DNA from: Phoronis australis | Lineage: Eukaryota; Animalia; Phoronida | NCBI GenBank assembly: GCA_002633005.1 | Contig: NMRA01000500.1 | Location: 191,853 to 255,852, forward strand | Direction of reading: 5' to 3' | DNA: 64,000 nucleotides | Notes under the pieces: generated by a model | Told to the model about the DNA's origin: nothing | The model's database searches: none | Seen by the model: the letters and a program-made list of their open reading frames with translations, nothing else | In this document: piece after piece, positions 21,434 to 35,409 of the stretch | Numbering within the stretch: position 1 is the first letter of the stretch | Layout of the letters: every line of letters starts with the position of its first letter | Program-made: the position numbers and the translations under genes

Positions 21434-22118
21434 NNNNNNNNNNNNNNNNNNNNNNNNNNNNNNNNNNNNNNNNNNNNNNNNNNNNNNNNNNNNNNNNNNN
21501 NNNNNNNNNNNNNNNNNNNNNNNNNNNNNNNNNNNNNNNNNNNNNNNNNNNNNNNNNNNNNNNNNNNNNNNNNNNNNNNNNNNNNNNNNNNNNNNNNNNN
21601 NNNNNNNNNNNNNNNNNNNNNNNNNNNNNNNNNNNNNNNNNNNNNNNNNNNNNNNNNNNNNNNNNNNNNNNNNNNNNNNNNNNNNNNNNNNNNNNNNNNN
21701 NNNNNNNNNNNNNNNNNNNNNNNNNNNNNNNNNNNNNNNNNNNNNNNNNNNNNNNNNNNNNNNNNNNNNNNNNNNNNNNNNNNNNNNNNNNNNNNNNNNN
21801 NNNNNNNNNNNNNNNNNNNNNNNNNNNNNNNNNNNNNNNNNNNNNNNNNNNNNNNNNNNNNNNNNNNNNNNNNNNNNNNNNNNNNNNNNNNNNNNNNNNN
21901 NNNNNNNNNNNNNNNNNNNNNNNNNNNNNNNNNNNNNNNNNNNNNNNNNNNNNNNNNNNNNNNNNNNNNNNNNNNNNNNNNNNNNNNNNNNNNNNNNNNN
22001 NNNNNNNNNNNNNNNNNNNNNNNNNNNNNNNNNNNNNNNNNNNNNNNNNNNNNNNNNNNNNNNNNNNNNNNNNNNNNNNNNNNNNNNNNNNNNNNNNNNN
22101 NNNNNNNNNNNNNNNNNN
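21434..22118. other. Assembly gap
   Basis: Run of N. Confidence 1.
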
Positions 22119-23319
22119 ACCGCTATGCACAAATTGAATGCTCAATACTCAAGTTATTTATCGATACCTGTAGATCCAACAGGAAAAACAATATAATTTA
22201 AATTGGATTTTGAAGTATTCCCTTTTTTAAACATAATCATGTAATCTCCATCCTTCCTCGCGTTCGCTTAGTGACCTGACCGACATTCGGTTTTGCCTAG
22301 TTATTCAACAATGCACTGCAATTGAATACATTCGGGAACCAGGCATTGGCCTTGACATTAGTTTTCTAAAATGGCGAAGCACCACTGAACACTGATGAAA
22401 CGAGTAAAGAAATTGTAACTTTAACTCATATTCTTGTGTTAATGTTTACAAAAAAGGTTGTATAGTAATGTGAATTACAAATTGCACAAAAAAGTTTAGT
22501 GAACAACAGACCAGTCTAGTTATCCAAGTAGCAGTCTGCATGAACTGTCAAGAAATGCAGAATTCAATTTCAACGTTTCCTAGAGCAACTTCAATTGGTG
22601 ATTGAAGTATGTTAGAATGATACAAAACCCTTCATACACTGAGATAACACGATAAAACTTCATTGCAGTGCCAGGTCCCGCATACACTGCGACTATTCAC
22701 CACCACGCTCCATTTGATACCTAGGCAATGGGGGGATCTCACTTCCCATACTCATGAGTGGCAACAGACTTTGCATCACATTGCTGGCACTGGTATGGGA
22801 CTATTGTGCATGAATTTGGAATCCTTCTTAATCTCAAGATCGTAAATACATGAGCTTGGAATACAATCTTGAGGACACTCAAAATAATCACGTTCACATT
22901 GATTATAATTTGCACTGCAAATTAGCAAATTGCATGTTAATAAAATAATGTAAATTTTAACCAACCTCTTTTCAACTATTGGCGACCTTATTCACTAAAC
23001 AATATTCGGTGAGCAAGTTATTGCAAAGGAGAAAATGGATGATCATGTCAGCCATTGAATCAATAACAAAAATTCTTTACACTGAACAAAAAATTTCACC
23101 TGATTTCCTTAATGAATATTCAATCTTGAGATTACGCAAGATTCTAAGTTCACGCAAAGCAGAACAATTCACCACCTTTCGTTGAATCAGACAGTCATAG
23201 CCTCACATAGGGACAGGGTTTTAGTAACTTTTACAATCTACGGTTGAATGAAACCCTGAGTGCAAGGGAAACATAAACAATTACGGTTCGACGAAGAAAA
23301 AGGATGGAATAATTTTAAC

Positions 23320-23430
23320 CTGTGATGAATACTTTGAATTTCCCCAAAACCGCTGAAACATGGAACTGTTTGTCTGCTCTTCTTTTCTTTTTCTTGCTCG
23401 ATATTCAGCAAGCCTAACTTCTGCCTCCAT
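23320..23430 (-). CDS. SAYSD1: First coding exon of a probable SAYSvFN-domain protein (SAYSD1-like); remaining exons not found
   Basis: MEAEVRLAEYRARKRKEEQTNSSMFQRFWGNSKYSSQ followed by CAG|GTTAAA. Resembles the SAYSD1 N-terminus (ME.RLAEFRA.RK). The diagnostic SAYSVFN exon is not visible and may lie in the gap. Confidence 0.45.
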
Positions 23431-24306
23431 TTTGTAAAACATAAAGAGAGGGCGCTCTATATGCCCTCTCAAAAACAAATGCTATGATATTTATAACATG
23501 CTAAGTTTTATGTGTTGTTAAATTATAATACAAAAAGTTAGTCACTGCAATTAAATGCTCATTGAAGCTAATAATAATTGACTAAACTGCCAAAAAGTCA
23601 GATGCGGCTCTAAAGTTAGAGACTAGACCAACAAAGGTCAAGGTTGAGTTGCTGTCCCAAACGAGTTTGTTTACAGTTAACAGGTTGAACAATAAAAGTT
23701 TTGCGAGATGTTCTCTGTTAACTTTCAAGGTCTTTGAAGGAGGTTAGTAGTTAAGCTTAGAAGTTGTAAACAATGCAAGCACTTGGCAAAATCGTATAAA
23801 CTTAGAAGTAAGGACAGGACACTCAGGAATCTAGCCTAGCAATTAGTCTTGGCTTGTCAAGTCAAAGCTGTATAGCCTGTATATAAATCTGTCATTGTTC
23901 GCTCGAGCTTCCCTCACCGGATGCCATTTCAAGGAAGTTGAAAAACAGTGCAAGGGACACGAATCTTACAAATTTCTCCTGATACCTTCTCATGTAATTA
24001 TTTGTAAGTGTCCTGTGCCAGGTCGCGCGCTAATTTTTGCCTAACTCACACGACAACAGTTGAAATATTTTGTTCTTATTGCGCATGGTGAAAAAGCTAA
24101 TGGCGACGAAAAAAGTGGAGTCGGAATTCTTCACCAAAGTCTTCTTAATTCCCATATACGTGTTCCATCGAAGCTAGGAATCAATATTGGTTCCTAGAAG
24201 ATATGGTCCTGTATACAGAACCAGACAGGAACCCTGGAGAAAGTCTTATTGAGCTACTTGTTGTATGTTAATTTCATATAAATTGAATGAGAAATGCTAC
24301 AGGTAG

Positions 24307-24460
24307 CAGTGGCGGATCTATGGGGGGAGTTCAGGGGGTTTAAACCCCCCCCTTGGGCCAGAATAAAAAAAAACAAAAACGTCTCCTGCAAAACAAAAAC
24401 AGTACAGACATCATGTATAAACCCCAAATAAACCAACTTGGAAAAAATTGAGGGGGGTTC
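24307..24460 (+). mobile_element. hAT-type MITE end, second copy
   Basis: CAGTGGCGGATCTATGGGGGG...; inverted homolog of 8096-8266. Confidence 0.6.
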
Positions 24461-27400
24461 AGTCCTCTGGTATTAAAGTACTTGCATTTTGTTGAACTGT
24501 ACTCTTGTGAAAAAGAACAGTGGTTTGAAGATAGTTATCTCTTGGAGCTGGGAATAAATTTTGATTGAAGATATTCGGAAAGCCAACAAGCCTAGCAAAT
24601 TCAATTTTACCTGCTAGAACTTTGACCCTTTGCTCTTGGAATTCCTGTTTCCAGTGCAATAAACTTGGCTAAGCCTTATTTACCGTCAGTTGCCACCCCT
24701 GTTTTTATGGTCAAGGAGGTCACATCTTGGATGTTTTCATGTTAGGCATCATAATTTAATGAACCTGAACAATTGGAAAAATAAACCAAGTTAAGATTTC
24801 ATGGAGTATGAGAACATTGTCTTTTAAACCTTCATAGTTTGCAGTGAATACAAGTCATCTTCGTGCACACTGCAGGTTTCGCTTGTCAGAAATGTGTTGG
24901 GTGTGTAAACAAGGTTTAGTAATAAAACCAAGTGGTTCTGGTTTTTGTAGATTTTTTTCTTTAAATTCTTGTATCTTGTGTTGGTTGTGTATTCAATGAT
25001 TAGTTTTGCACAAAATGAAAAGCCTCTTAGTACTTTGACTTGGTGTGGATTTCCTTTGTTGGGTGATTCGATTCTGCTCCCTTGGCACTGAATATGTGCC
25101 ATGTATTGAAAAAATAGATTGTCCATGAGATGTCCTGTGACTCCAATGTTTCTGTTGGTCTTAAAACTTTGAGAAGAACTGGTCCTTTTGTTATATAGTG
25201 TAGAATGAGAGACTGTGGCTGATTATAGCTATGGTAAGTGTCGGTTTCGACAAAGTGGACGTTTTTAATGCATTGCAGAAGATGATAGAGAACAAACTTT
25301 CCCTACTGACAATAGTACCTTCTGGCTGCAACTCAAAAATGGATTCACTTTCCACATTTGAAAATCCACTTTATTGTTTTGAAAATCAATTCTGTAAAGC
25401 AAATCATGAGTTGCCCCTAGCCCGAAGGTTAATTGAAAATTTTCTAAGACAGAGTGTGGGTTCCAGGCGCAGCACTGGGTGTTTATCCCATTGGGGATGT
25501 ATCTTTTAGATGCTCACATTTTCAAAGAGTAAATCCACTTGAGACTAGCACAAATGATGTGTGATTGTAATATCAACCACTAAGTAAATACTTTATCGAG
25601 TTCTATGCCATGGCTATCATCACAGAATAATTTGAAAAGTTTAAAATAGAGTTAGGAGCCTTTAAAAATGAGAAAGTTCAAGTAGTGCTTACAATTTGCC
25701 CGAGGTCATTAAGATTTCATGGACAGTAATTATTTTACACAATATAATAACTATTCAGAAACTGTATTGAGTTGTGTAAATTGATTTAGAAATTGTTGCA
25801 CATTTTTGTGGGTTCAGTTAATCATATAATTATTCCTCAGAATGTAGTCTGGCTGGGTGGCATTACGTGTAGTCTCCTTGTGATCTTAGCCTTAGGTTAG
25901 TGCACAAAAAGTGTAAGGACCCTGTCTGCTTACTCTTGCCAAGTCCAAAGGGACCACTTATGATCACATGAGTCTTAGGGCACTTTGCTTCTCCTCTCCA
26001 TAGACCCATTTTATTCATATGTGGATCTGTTGGCTTTCGAGGAACCTGGGAAATCTTCTACCTTTGTGTTCAGGAATGGTGTATAGCAAGGATATTACAC
26101 AGTACCTCGAAACGTACATGACTTTTGTTTAATTGCAAACTGGCTGTCATGTTGCCAGAGGTTGATTTAATATGTACTGGGTCATTGCATGTTGTCAATA
26201 ATCTGATATGTATAGGTGGCTACTAGGTAAATTGATTATGATAACACAATGCTTGCCAGCTGTCTTATGGGCCAGAAACAGCGTGCAAGGCTTTCTTCCT
26301 GAATATTTGATATCTCTTTTGGTTAAAATTGATCAGAGGTGGTTTCATTATTGCTCTGGAAGGTTTGGCCTTGACTCGTGGTGGAGAAATGGCATCAGGT
26401 TATACAACTATCATCTATGTGACACATCATGAGAGCTCAAGTGAGGTAATGGATCTTAACCTTCTGTGTATGGTTAACTTGGTGATTGTTATATGCTGTG
26501 GAATTTTGTTAAGTTCAAGTATGTGGAATATTTACGTAATGTGGGCAATGTACTAAAGGCTTACCTTTTAAAACGGAGTCATCTAATAGTTCTCAGACTG
26601 CTGCATAGTTGTCACTTTTGATGGCACCATATCGTTTTTGATGCTTCGTCCTGTATACCGCCACATCATCAGAATGTCCTGCTTTTGAAATACGCAGTGA
26701 TATTTACATAATCACGCCATGTGCGCGGCTACATTTTTCTTGCTTCTCCACACTATATACCAATATAAAGCCCTATTTCCAAGTTTCATTTCACAAACAC
26801 GGTACACAAAGTGCCATCAGTATGTCGTTAGTGGCGGTTGCGGTAGGCTTCAACTTGCAGTATTCTAGAAACAGGTGTACTGCTTTTTCATTTTGAAATG
26901 TGGGCAACTTAATGCCACTTCATTAGCGTTTATTGAACAGTCGTACTACGGTATATGCTTAATTAGTCGATAAAGCTGGTCAACAAGAATTCGGCCTCCA
27001 ACGCGAAACCTTGAAACAAATGCACCTGAAGATATTTCGCAATTAAGGGGTCTGGCGAAGTCAGATGCTTGCAGAACAATCAAAAAAAATATTTTTAAAA
27101 AGCCATGTGAATGCAAATATGAAATTGTTATGTTAGGCTTGTATTATCATCCTACGCTGTTGCCGGCTACTTCATTTAGTGGTTTAAATTTGGTGTCGTG
27201 CGCACAAGTCATAAATAAACGTGCCCCCATCTTCCTTGAGTAGCCTGAATACAGGTTGGTAGCACATAGGGACTTCTCGTGTTCAGTTTTACTAAAAGCT
27301 CATATGTGCATTAGACGATTTCTTCTTTGTCTCTACCATGATTACTAGATATGGTGATACACATTGAAAAATGGTGCAAAGCATGACTCGTATTTGTACC

Positions 27401-28837
27401 TCATCTAGAAAAAACCTACCCAAATCATGCACTATCCTGTTTAGCGACTTCTAAATGTCACGCCAGTATTCATTTCATACTGAGAATTATTGGACTGAAT
27501 CTCATTTCAAGCAAAAATAGTTATCTCCCATTTTTAAAGCTATTTAACTTCAACGCCCCAAATATGTACCAAATTAGGCAAAATGATAAGAGAAATGACC
27601 CAAGTCTATACCAGAAATTTTGGTAAAATTTACCAAACATTCGCGATGAGTCGGGGAACTTGGTGGTGGCTGCAACGTATATACCATTTTAGCTTATAGC
27701 TAAATACTACGCTTCGCAAAAAATTGGACAAGAGACAACCAAATTTGTACAACAAGGAAACGTGGGTCAAAACCAACCAAACAAACTAACGAATTTAAAC
27801 TCAGCCCTTGGTATCAATTGGTTTCAAGGACAATATGGTGGCCATTCAGGAGTCATACGTGAACTGAGACTGGAGAACTCTGTTAATGGAAATAAACAAG
27901 AATGGTCGTTGATTTTATGATTTTAGCCAAGATACAGAATTGCACCGAAAAGCTTGTTTTATAGTGCTCACAAAAAAGAAAACGTACTTATTACTTAATT
28001 TGACATACATTTTCAAGTGTTTGAACTAGAATAACCCTTGCGATAAGGTCTTTAAGCAAAGTATTACAAACTCTTATAAACAATAATCTATGAGTGACCC
28101 AATCTCAAGCATTTTGGTCAACTTAGATGTATTTGTGCTGGTGGGCCTTGGATGGTGTAATTATTGTTGTCTAGTCAGGGTTTTTTTACTGGCAATGTAA
28201 AAACTCATGTTCTTGTTTTTCCATAATTTACCAAGTTTGCTTATCACTACCCCAGGGCCCTCATTCTCCTGAGGGTAAAGGTCCCTTATTCTTTCTGAAT
28301 AGAGATTTTTATGGTGAGGGAAAATCCCCCAGGTTACTATTTTTAGAAGAGAATGTTGTCAATATCTGGAATCAAAATTGAGGCATTGAGGGCCCTATAA
28401 ACTTACGATGTTTGTTGAAATTGAAACTTACAGAAATGGCACCTGAAGTCAGATATGTTAAGGTTGGTGCAAATTGACCTACCGTAGTCAGTGGATTCTA
28501 TAAGATTCAAAAAAATATAATTAATTTTAGCACATAGAGCAAATCCCTTGAGTGCAGCTTGAAAATCAGAATACCGACTCATCGAGAGAAAATAAGGTAA
28601 TCTATTTGTGGGGAGCTCACATGAAAATTTCACCCTTTCATGGATTTTTTTTTCAAAAAACATCACCTTTTATATAGATAATTTCTTAAACTCGACCCTT
28701 TCGTAGCTGTTAGTACTTTAAAAGTATAAAACAGTATGAGAGATGTCATGTTGTCCAAACGGATCAGTTCTCAAGTTGCATCCAAGCTTTTTTGTATAGA
28801 TGATATTCAAACTTTTCTGCAGATTTTTTTAATAATT

Positions 28838-29065
28838 GCAGGTGGTCTGATACACATTGTACCAAACGTGCATGGGCCGCTTAGTAGGTGGGCCCATTGC
28901 ACTGATCACCTGGAACCATTTTTATGCTTTATCAATATATGGTTAAAACCCAGCTCAGAGCTAGAAATCTGACTCGAGGGTTTAGCAGTGATCCAGTGGG
29001 ACTCAACCCACGACCTCAAAGTAAAGAAAGTGGTCACCTATCACATTAGGTCACACTGCCTCCTC
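28838..29065 (-). mobile_element. tRNA-derived SINE, copy 2
   Basis: Aligns by eye to 18508-18718. Confidence 0.75.
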
Positions 29066-29243
29066 AGTGTCTGCAGATTTTAGTACTTGAAAAACAAGCT
29101 CTTCCACATGGAATTAAATAAAACGACACCCTCTCTTCAGAAACTGTGTTGGAATTAAAAGGCATCCTTTCTTCGGAAATTATGTTAGAAAAGGAAATTC
29201 TTTGGATGTTATCACAATTTCATTGAAAAGGTCTCTCATCTAA

Positions 29244-29636
29244 AGTCCCGTCCACACACAGCCTATCCTAGAACAACTTGCACTAATGCAGTTTACCCCA
29301 CTTTTATAAGTGGAGCATCCACGCACACTCAATCAGGTAATTTTTTGTGTGTGGCGCTGTGCAGCTTATGCATACACAACATGCAAAAGAAGACACGTCT
29401 ATATAACTGCAGCTGATTATTACTTCAGCGTAACACTCTACTTTTGTAGCTACGCAGCGATTACAAGTGGCGTAAGTTACCTTAGAACAGGTTACCCATT
29501 TTGACATGGTGGAGTAAGTAGCCACAAGTGGGTTAAGTTGCACTAGTTTAAGTAGTGTCCATACAGCCTCCAAACCCAGCGACACCTTGTTCCAGAAGTA
29601 ACTTGTCCTAGGGTACGTCTGTGTGTGGACAGCACT
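29244..29636. mobile_element. PIF/Harbinger-type MITE
   Basis: TIRs AGTCCCGTCCACACACAG / CTGTGTGTGGACAGCACT, with TAA on both sides. Confidence 0.7.
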
Positions 29637-30941
29637 TAAGTAAACATCCAGCTTTGACCTCTTATATAGGAGTAACCCCCTCTCTCCAGGTTCTGTTGCC
29701 TAAATTGTATCCCCTGTTGAAGTGACTCAGAGTCACTGATGCCTGAAGGGCCAGTGGAAATAGTCAAACAATCTAAATGTCAACCTTAAGTTCATTGTCC
29801 TCTTCATTGAACTTTGATGATATGTGGGTGTTAAGCAATAGTTGTAGGGCACAAGAAATATACGTATACAGTATTCATATTTCTTACTGTCAGGTGGTTC
29901 TCTTGTGTCAAGATTCAGGTGAGACATATGGTGTGTCAAGTGGCAGAATAAATGAATCTTCCACTTTCTGTAAGTTTTTGTTGGATTTAGACTGCAATAG
30001 TTTGACACTGATTTACACACCAACACCACATTTTCCTCTGTTTTGTAGAGTTTCAGTGAGTGGGAAAACTTAACTCCTAGACTTGATTTTTTTTGAGAAA
30101 TTTGACCAAATAACATAAATTCAGTTGTACGTCGTATAGTGTGTGCTAAATAGGTCAAGAATTACCATAAGCCTATAAAAGACCAAATAATTGAAGAATT
30201 GACATGATTTTAGAATTATATGTTAAGCCTTCAAGATCTGATACTGAATATATTTTAGAGAAAACTCTATTGGTAATTGGTGTTTTGAAGACACTACTGT
30301 TCTGAAACATGATAAATAGACATAAATAGCTTATGGGAATTTTGAAGCAATGCTCTTTGGCCCTAACAGCTGTTTAGGTGTTGAGATATAAATAATGCAA
30401 TTTGTTAGACGGTCATGTTTACTTAGTTTATCTAAAGCCTTCTTAAATTTTTTTTCTGGTTTATTTTTCAACGTAATGGAAATTTTTTTAGCAACAATAT
30501 TACCAAAAAATAACTCCATTTTTTACAAAATAGTAAACCCACAACCCTATTGAGATATAAAGCAGAGAACGTGCACAAAGACTAGGACATAAGGAAATAA
30601 GGACTTTTGTAGTCAAGACACCTGTGGTTTTGTCTTTGGAAGCAGATAGTCTTCAAGTTCATTTGTTGACTCCAGTTGTCAAGGCAGTTATTAGGCTCGG
30701 AAATGACAAAAACTGGTCGCCTGCTTTGTTTGGGTCCTTGTCAGGTAGAGGTTTGAAGTAATTGATTTATGTCAGTTAAAACTACTCATACATAGTAAAT
30801 TAATTAAATAGAAATTAGAATTAATCGTTAAATGCTACTTACTGTAAACATCAGATTTTTAGAGATGACGAGGATTTAAATTATTTGCATCTCAATGGGA
30901 TGTTTTTAAAATCTATTGTATTTTATCCTCTATAAATACAG

Positions 30942-30984
30942 TTTATTATTGTTGTTATTGTTATTGTTGTTATTGTTATTATTA
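30942..30984. repeat. (TTA/TTG)n microsatellite
   Basis: Seen directly. Confidence 0.9.
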
Positions 30985-32664
30985 TGAATATACTGTTAGA
31001 CAAGAATCTGCCTGTGTTCCTGCTTCGAAAGAAATTCAGGAAAGCTATTATTGTCACATGTGTCAATGGTTTATTTTTATTGGTTGATAAAGCTTAAAAT
31101 CAGTCAAGTCATGTGAAATCTTATTGTGAGAGCACACAGTGAACTTCTGACCACTGAAGAAAAACACCAAAAGCTGTGTTCTCTAGAACTGACTAACCAA
31201 GAGGCAACTTACCTCTATCACATGAGAAACCCAACTCAGCCAGAGCGTTAAGACAAATACAATGAGAAGAAATTGGTAGATGCCTGTATGTCATAGGAAG
31301 TGCATGGCATTATTCTTCAGTTTGGGACAGTCTCTAAAATTTGGGGCACTGAAATTCAATCCAGAACTTAATTTTCTTGATTCTAAAGATTGGGACATGG
31401 GTAATTTGGTGCACTGAATTTTGTATCAACAATGTCTGAGATAAAATCGTTGAAAATAGCCGCTAATACCAAATTTGTCTTTGTGATTCTGGGGCGACCA
31501 ATATTGTTGATCTTGAGCAAAATAACCAATTTTTCTCAGTCTTAAATTCAGAAATTTTTACCGTAAGTGCCGGTATGCGAGCATGCCACCACTGAAGCGC
31601 CATAGGTATGCCTTGACACTGCATCTGTCTACTAGAACCAGCTGCGCTGAGCTAAGTTGATCAATTGATCGCTCTACCTTGAAAAGGTAGTGGTAATCTG
31701 TCACCTCCTCAGTAATGTCCAGTTACCCCAGTTTTGTCCACTAAGGTCATTTCCTCCTGATCATCTTGTTCTTGGGACAACAATTTATTGCACTGGAGGG
31801 ACTCCCTGTTTTTAATACACATTATGCTATATATTTACACTGCCTTTCAAGGTAAATTACTTTTGTGGCCCACATCTTAATGAACTTGCTGCCAGTTTTC
31901 TAAATGCAGATATTTGTCTCAATCCACTTTGCACAAAGTGGGTCAATTGTTGACTTCTTAGGAATTGTAACAATGGGTATATCAGGGTATTGATGACTGC
32001 TCAACATTTGTGTTTATTTGCCAGACATACATTGATTGTGATCATATACAAGCAACTTTCATTTAGAAGATTTTTGTGTGTTGATCCTTATTACTGGAAG
32101 ATGTCTGTGAGTAAGATAGATAAGAAAGATCTGGTTATTCATTGAACCTGGACTAGTAGATGTTTTGTAACAAGGTGGAGCACGCTTTTTCATGTGCCGT
32201 CTCAAATTACACCGTCTTTACTGTAATTTCACTTCCATTGATGAGTGCAGTCCATATTGTTGGTATGGTGTCCTTTGGTAACAGAATGAATTTTTCTGAT
32301 TAATGTCTGTTGTGAGTATAATCTGTATTTTGTATGTTAGGAAGAGGGATATGTACCCAGTAAACCAGTCTTGCCGCAAGTCCTTTGCGGCATGTTGGCT
32401 TATAGTGAATATGTTATGTGCTTTGGTGTCGTTTTTGAACATTTGATTATTTAAGTTCCTTCGTAGCACAACCAAGTCATTTTATACAGCAGTTATTTTG
32501 TTCTAATAGTGGGCACATGTACAAGTTCGAGGGCTTAATCCTAGCAAAACTCGTATAGCATTGACGTACTCACGCGTGATCTTACTAAATTCGCAAGGCA
32601 CTCACCATAATGGACAAATCCCAGACTGGTAGATACACTATGTGTACAAGTGGTTCCATTTCAG

Positions 32665-32818
32665 GCCATCACCTCAAGCACTGCGGATCTCATTCATGGT
32701 ATGGAAGTTGAGCATCAGGCAGACGATGTTCCTCTGACCCCGAGTAACACGGACAAGGTTCATTACGCTGCTGACAATATTACGTTTGTCTTCGTTGAGA
32801 ACCCTGGGCTTGAACTAT
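32665..32818 (+). CDS. FRMD8: Candidate upstream coding exon of FRMD8
   Basis: tttcag|...|gtaagt, open as AITSSTADLIHGMEVEHQADDVPLTPSNTDKVHYAADNITFVFVENPGLEL. Its phase-1 end joins in frame to the 42426 acceptor. Confidence 0.5.
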
Positions 32819-33173
32819 GTAAGTACTAGACTTGACTTAAAGGGGCACTTCACTGTTGTCTTTGGTTTGTGTTTGTTGTTTGGAAATGATCATTGTATGT
32901 CAAGATGCCTTTTATTAGTGCAACACACAATAAATGCCTATTGCCTATTGCATTAGTACAGCGTACATTCTGAGAGGTGCTATCCCTTTTCGAAAAATGC
33001 CCTGCTGGAAATTTGCTGTGATGTAGCATTTGCACAAGTTTGGATTTTACCTCACATAGGCTTGCAAGCCATTGTAATGAATCATAGATTTGGTTTTGGT
33101 GTACTTTCAGCCAATAACATTTAAGACTCGTTAAAAGTCAAATCCAATGGTGAATAGGAAACTAACCCATTAA

Positions 33174-34926
33174 AGGAGAATGCCACCCAAAAATCAACCT
33201 ATTTTGTATCAATTTAGATCGAGTAGTTCTACTCCTTAACGGCACGTTCGGTTGCGTTACCTAACACCTGACGGCAGACGGAGGTGTTGAAATTATCCAA
33301 TGACATAATTGGTTTCACACGTAGTCTGTTCAGCAGTTCACAACACGGGTTACTGGTGTCAACTTATCGCTTGAATTCATCGTTTAACACCAATAAATCA
33401 TCAAACTTCGATGTAAAACCCTTAAAAATACATCGAGTTCTTATAAAAACATGTTGTTTTATTTCGCTGTTACGGATTTATTGGTATTTGGACACACCGT
33501 AGCGTACAAAGTTCGGCAATTTACCAAGGTCCATAGCAGGAGTTTGGGCAGTGCTGTAGTGGGGCGTAAGTGCACGTAGGCGTAGCCAACCACCTTTGGG
33601 CATTTGAACATAGCTCCTACGCACCGTAAGTTACGTTCAGTGCTCAAAGTGATGCAGTGGGCTTTGGGTGCCTGCTTACCTCTAATTTTACCACTACAGC
33701 ACTGAGTTTGGGGTCTGTTCGGAGATAAATTCGAATTATTCTTCCGTGAAATACAGACAGGAGAACCTAGATCTGTGTTGTTTATACTTGTGATTTTTTT
33801 AGTTCTAAACACACAAAACACTTGTTATCCTGGCCGGTGGCTCGGAACCCGATCACTACTGGGCCTGGCGTCGCGGTTGGGACTGGCACGAACAACCAGC
33901 TTGAGTTGGAAACTAAACCTCCAGTCACGAAAAGACTATAATAGTGAGCCAAAGAAATAATGTGCACGTAATTATTTATGTGAATTAGCCACGAAACTGA
34001 AAATCTACTTACTTGTCGGGGGCCGGCGAAGTCGGGTTCCCCTTCTGCACACTGTCAGAGCAAAGGTTGTACAGTAACTATGATTTGAATAATGTATTTG
34101 TATTTCTAAATAAAGATTCCCCTAACATGTGACCATAGCATATAAAATCGAGTAATTGTTTCACAACAGCTTTCTGTCAGCAAACACTGAATTAGCATGC
34201 ACTCACACAGCCTCGGTGCCCCCGGTCAATTACCTTTGTTGCCGCCATCAAAAGCCGGTAACGCAGAGGTTTATTCAGTGCTGGCTTCTCAAAACATTTG
34301 CACTTCAAGGCATTACAAACTATCTAATGAGACAGACTTTGTTTCAGTTTCATATAAGCATTGGTTAGGATGAGAATAATTCATTTTGAAACAGAACGCA
34401 GAATAATAAACGTCTACATGGCAACTCGCCCTGCGCCAATCCTGACTTAGACAAGAGCTCATCCGACGAAGACTTCACGGGTCAGATCATTAGGTGTCAC
34501 AGGCAACGGAACGTATGGATAGTTCTTTGGTAAGCCGGAATTCGTCAGAGAAATCACTGTCGACAAAATGCCGGCCACAGACACGGAGATGTTTCAATGG
34601 CCTCATACTTGCTATTAACAGCATACCTTTCATTCTTCACTACCGCGAGCCACTTCCTAAGCATTTCGGGCTCTCGAGGAAGTCGAAAAAACGATATACT
34701 CACTTTCTTCACAGCTTCATAATTCGGACAAGCGAGAACGATGCACCGCAATATAGCGGCATTCACTCTGCAGACGAACCACTGACGTCGCTGCATCGTT
34801 TCGCACCATCCTCTCAGGTTAATGCGACACCTCTTGGCAAGGTGGGGTCGACCATATAAGAGGCAATGTGGATATAGACCGATTAAGATGGTAAAAAAGA
34901 CTAATTAAATCGGGTGGCATTCTCCT
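33174..34926 (-). mobile_element. Non-autonomous Kolobok-like DNA transposon with THAP remnant, copy 2
   Basis: Perfect 15-bp TIR AGGAGAATGCCACCC; TTAA at 33170-33173 and 34927-34930. THAP text RCIVLACPN...SFFRLPREPEMLRKWLAVVK at about 34540-34765. Confidence 0.88.
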
Positions 34927-35409
34927 TTAATACTGTGTCTGGCTCTTAATTAGAAAATTTCCAATTCACCCTTCTCAATAATATTCACAAAGCCAAAACG
35001 TATAGCTTGTTCTGGTTTGTGTTTTTCTTAAAATCGAGTTGGTAATGCAGAGTTTTTAGTGGACTCATTTTTCAAAAAAAATCCACCTGAGATGGGCAAA
35101 AATAATCTGGTCTTGTTTTTTTTTACTCATTGCTTGGCCAAATATGCATTTCAAACCTTCCTTACGTGCCTTGGTGCGGCTTTTCAGAAACAAAAAAACA
35201 CGACCTTGGTCCGAAATTGATGTGCTCAGTTGCTGTTTTCTTTTCTAGTCTGTGAGCGCAGGTCTCAAAAGGATTCGGAGTGAAGAGCAAAACCAACTTT
35301 AGCTTCTTTTTGACCTGACGAGACCTATTTAGTTAGTAAAATTGGTGATAAAACAAAAAATTGTTTTGCTTTGTTTTGGTTTGGTTATTTTGTGTTCTTT
35401 CCTTTGGAG

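Noticed and set aside
21354-22201. Long ORFs across the gap (also 10738-11188)
   Set aside because: Made of N-derived X residues.
22776-22964. Cys-rich secreted-peptide-like ORF or SAYSD1 exon 2
   Set aside because: Non-ATG start, no SAYSD1 similarity, and splicing from exon 1 in phase 0 hits an immediate stop.
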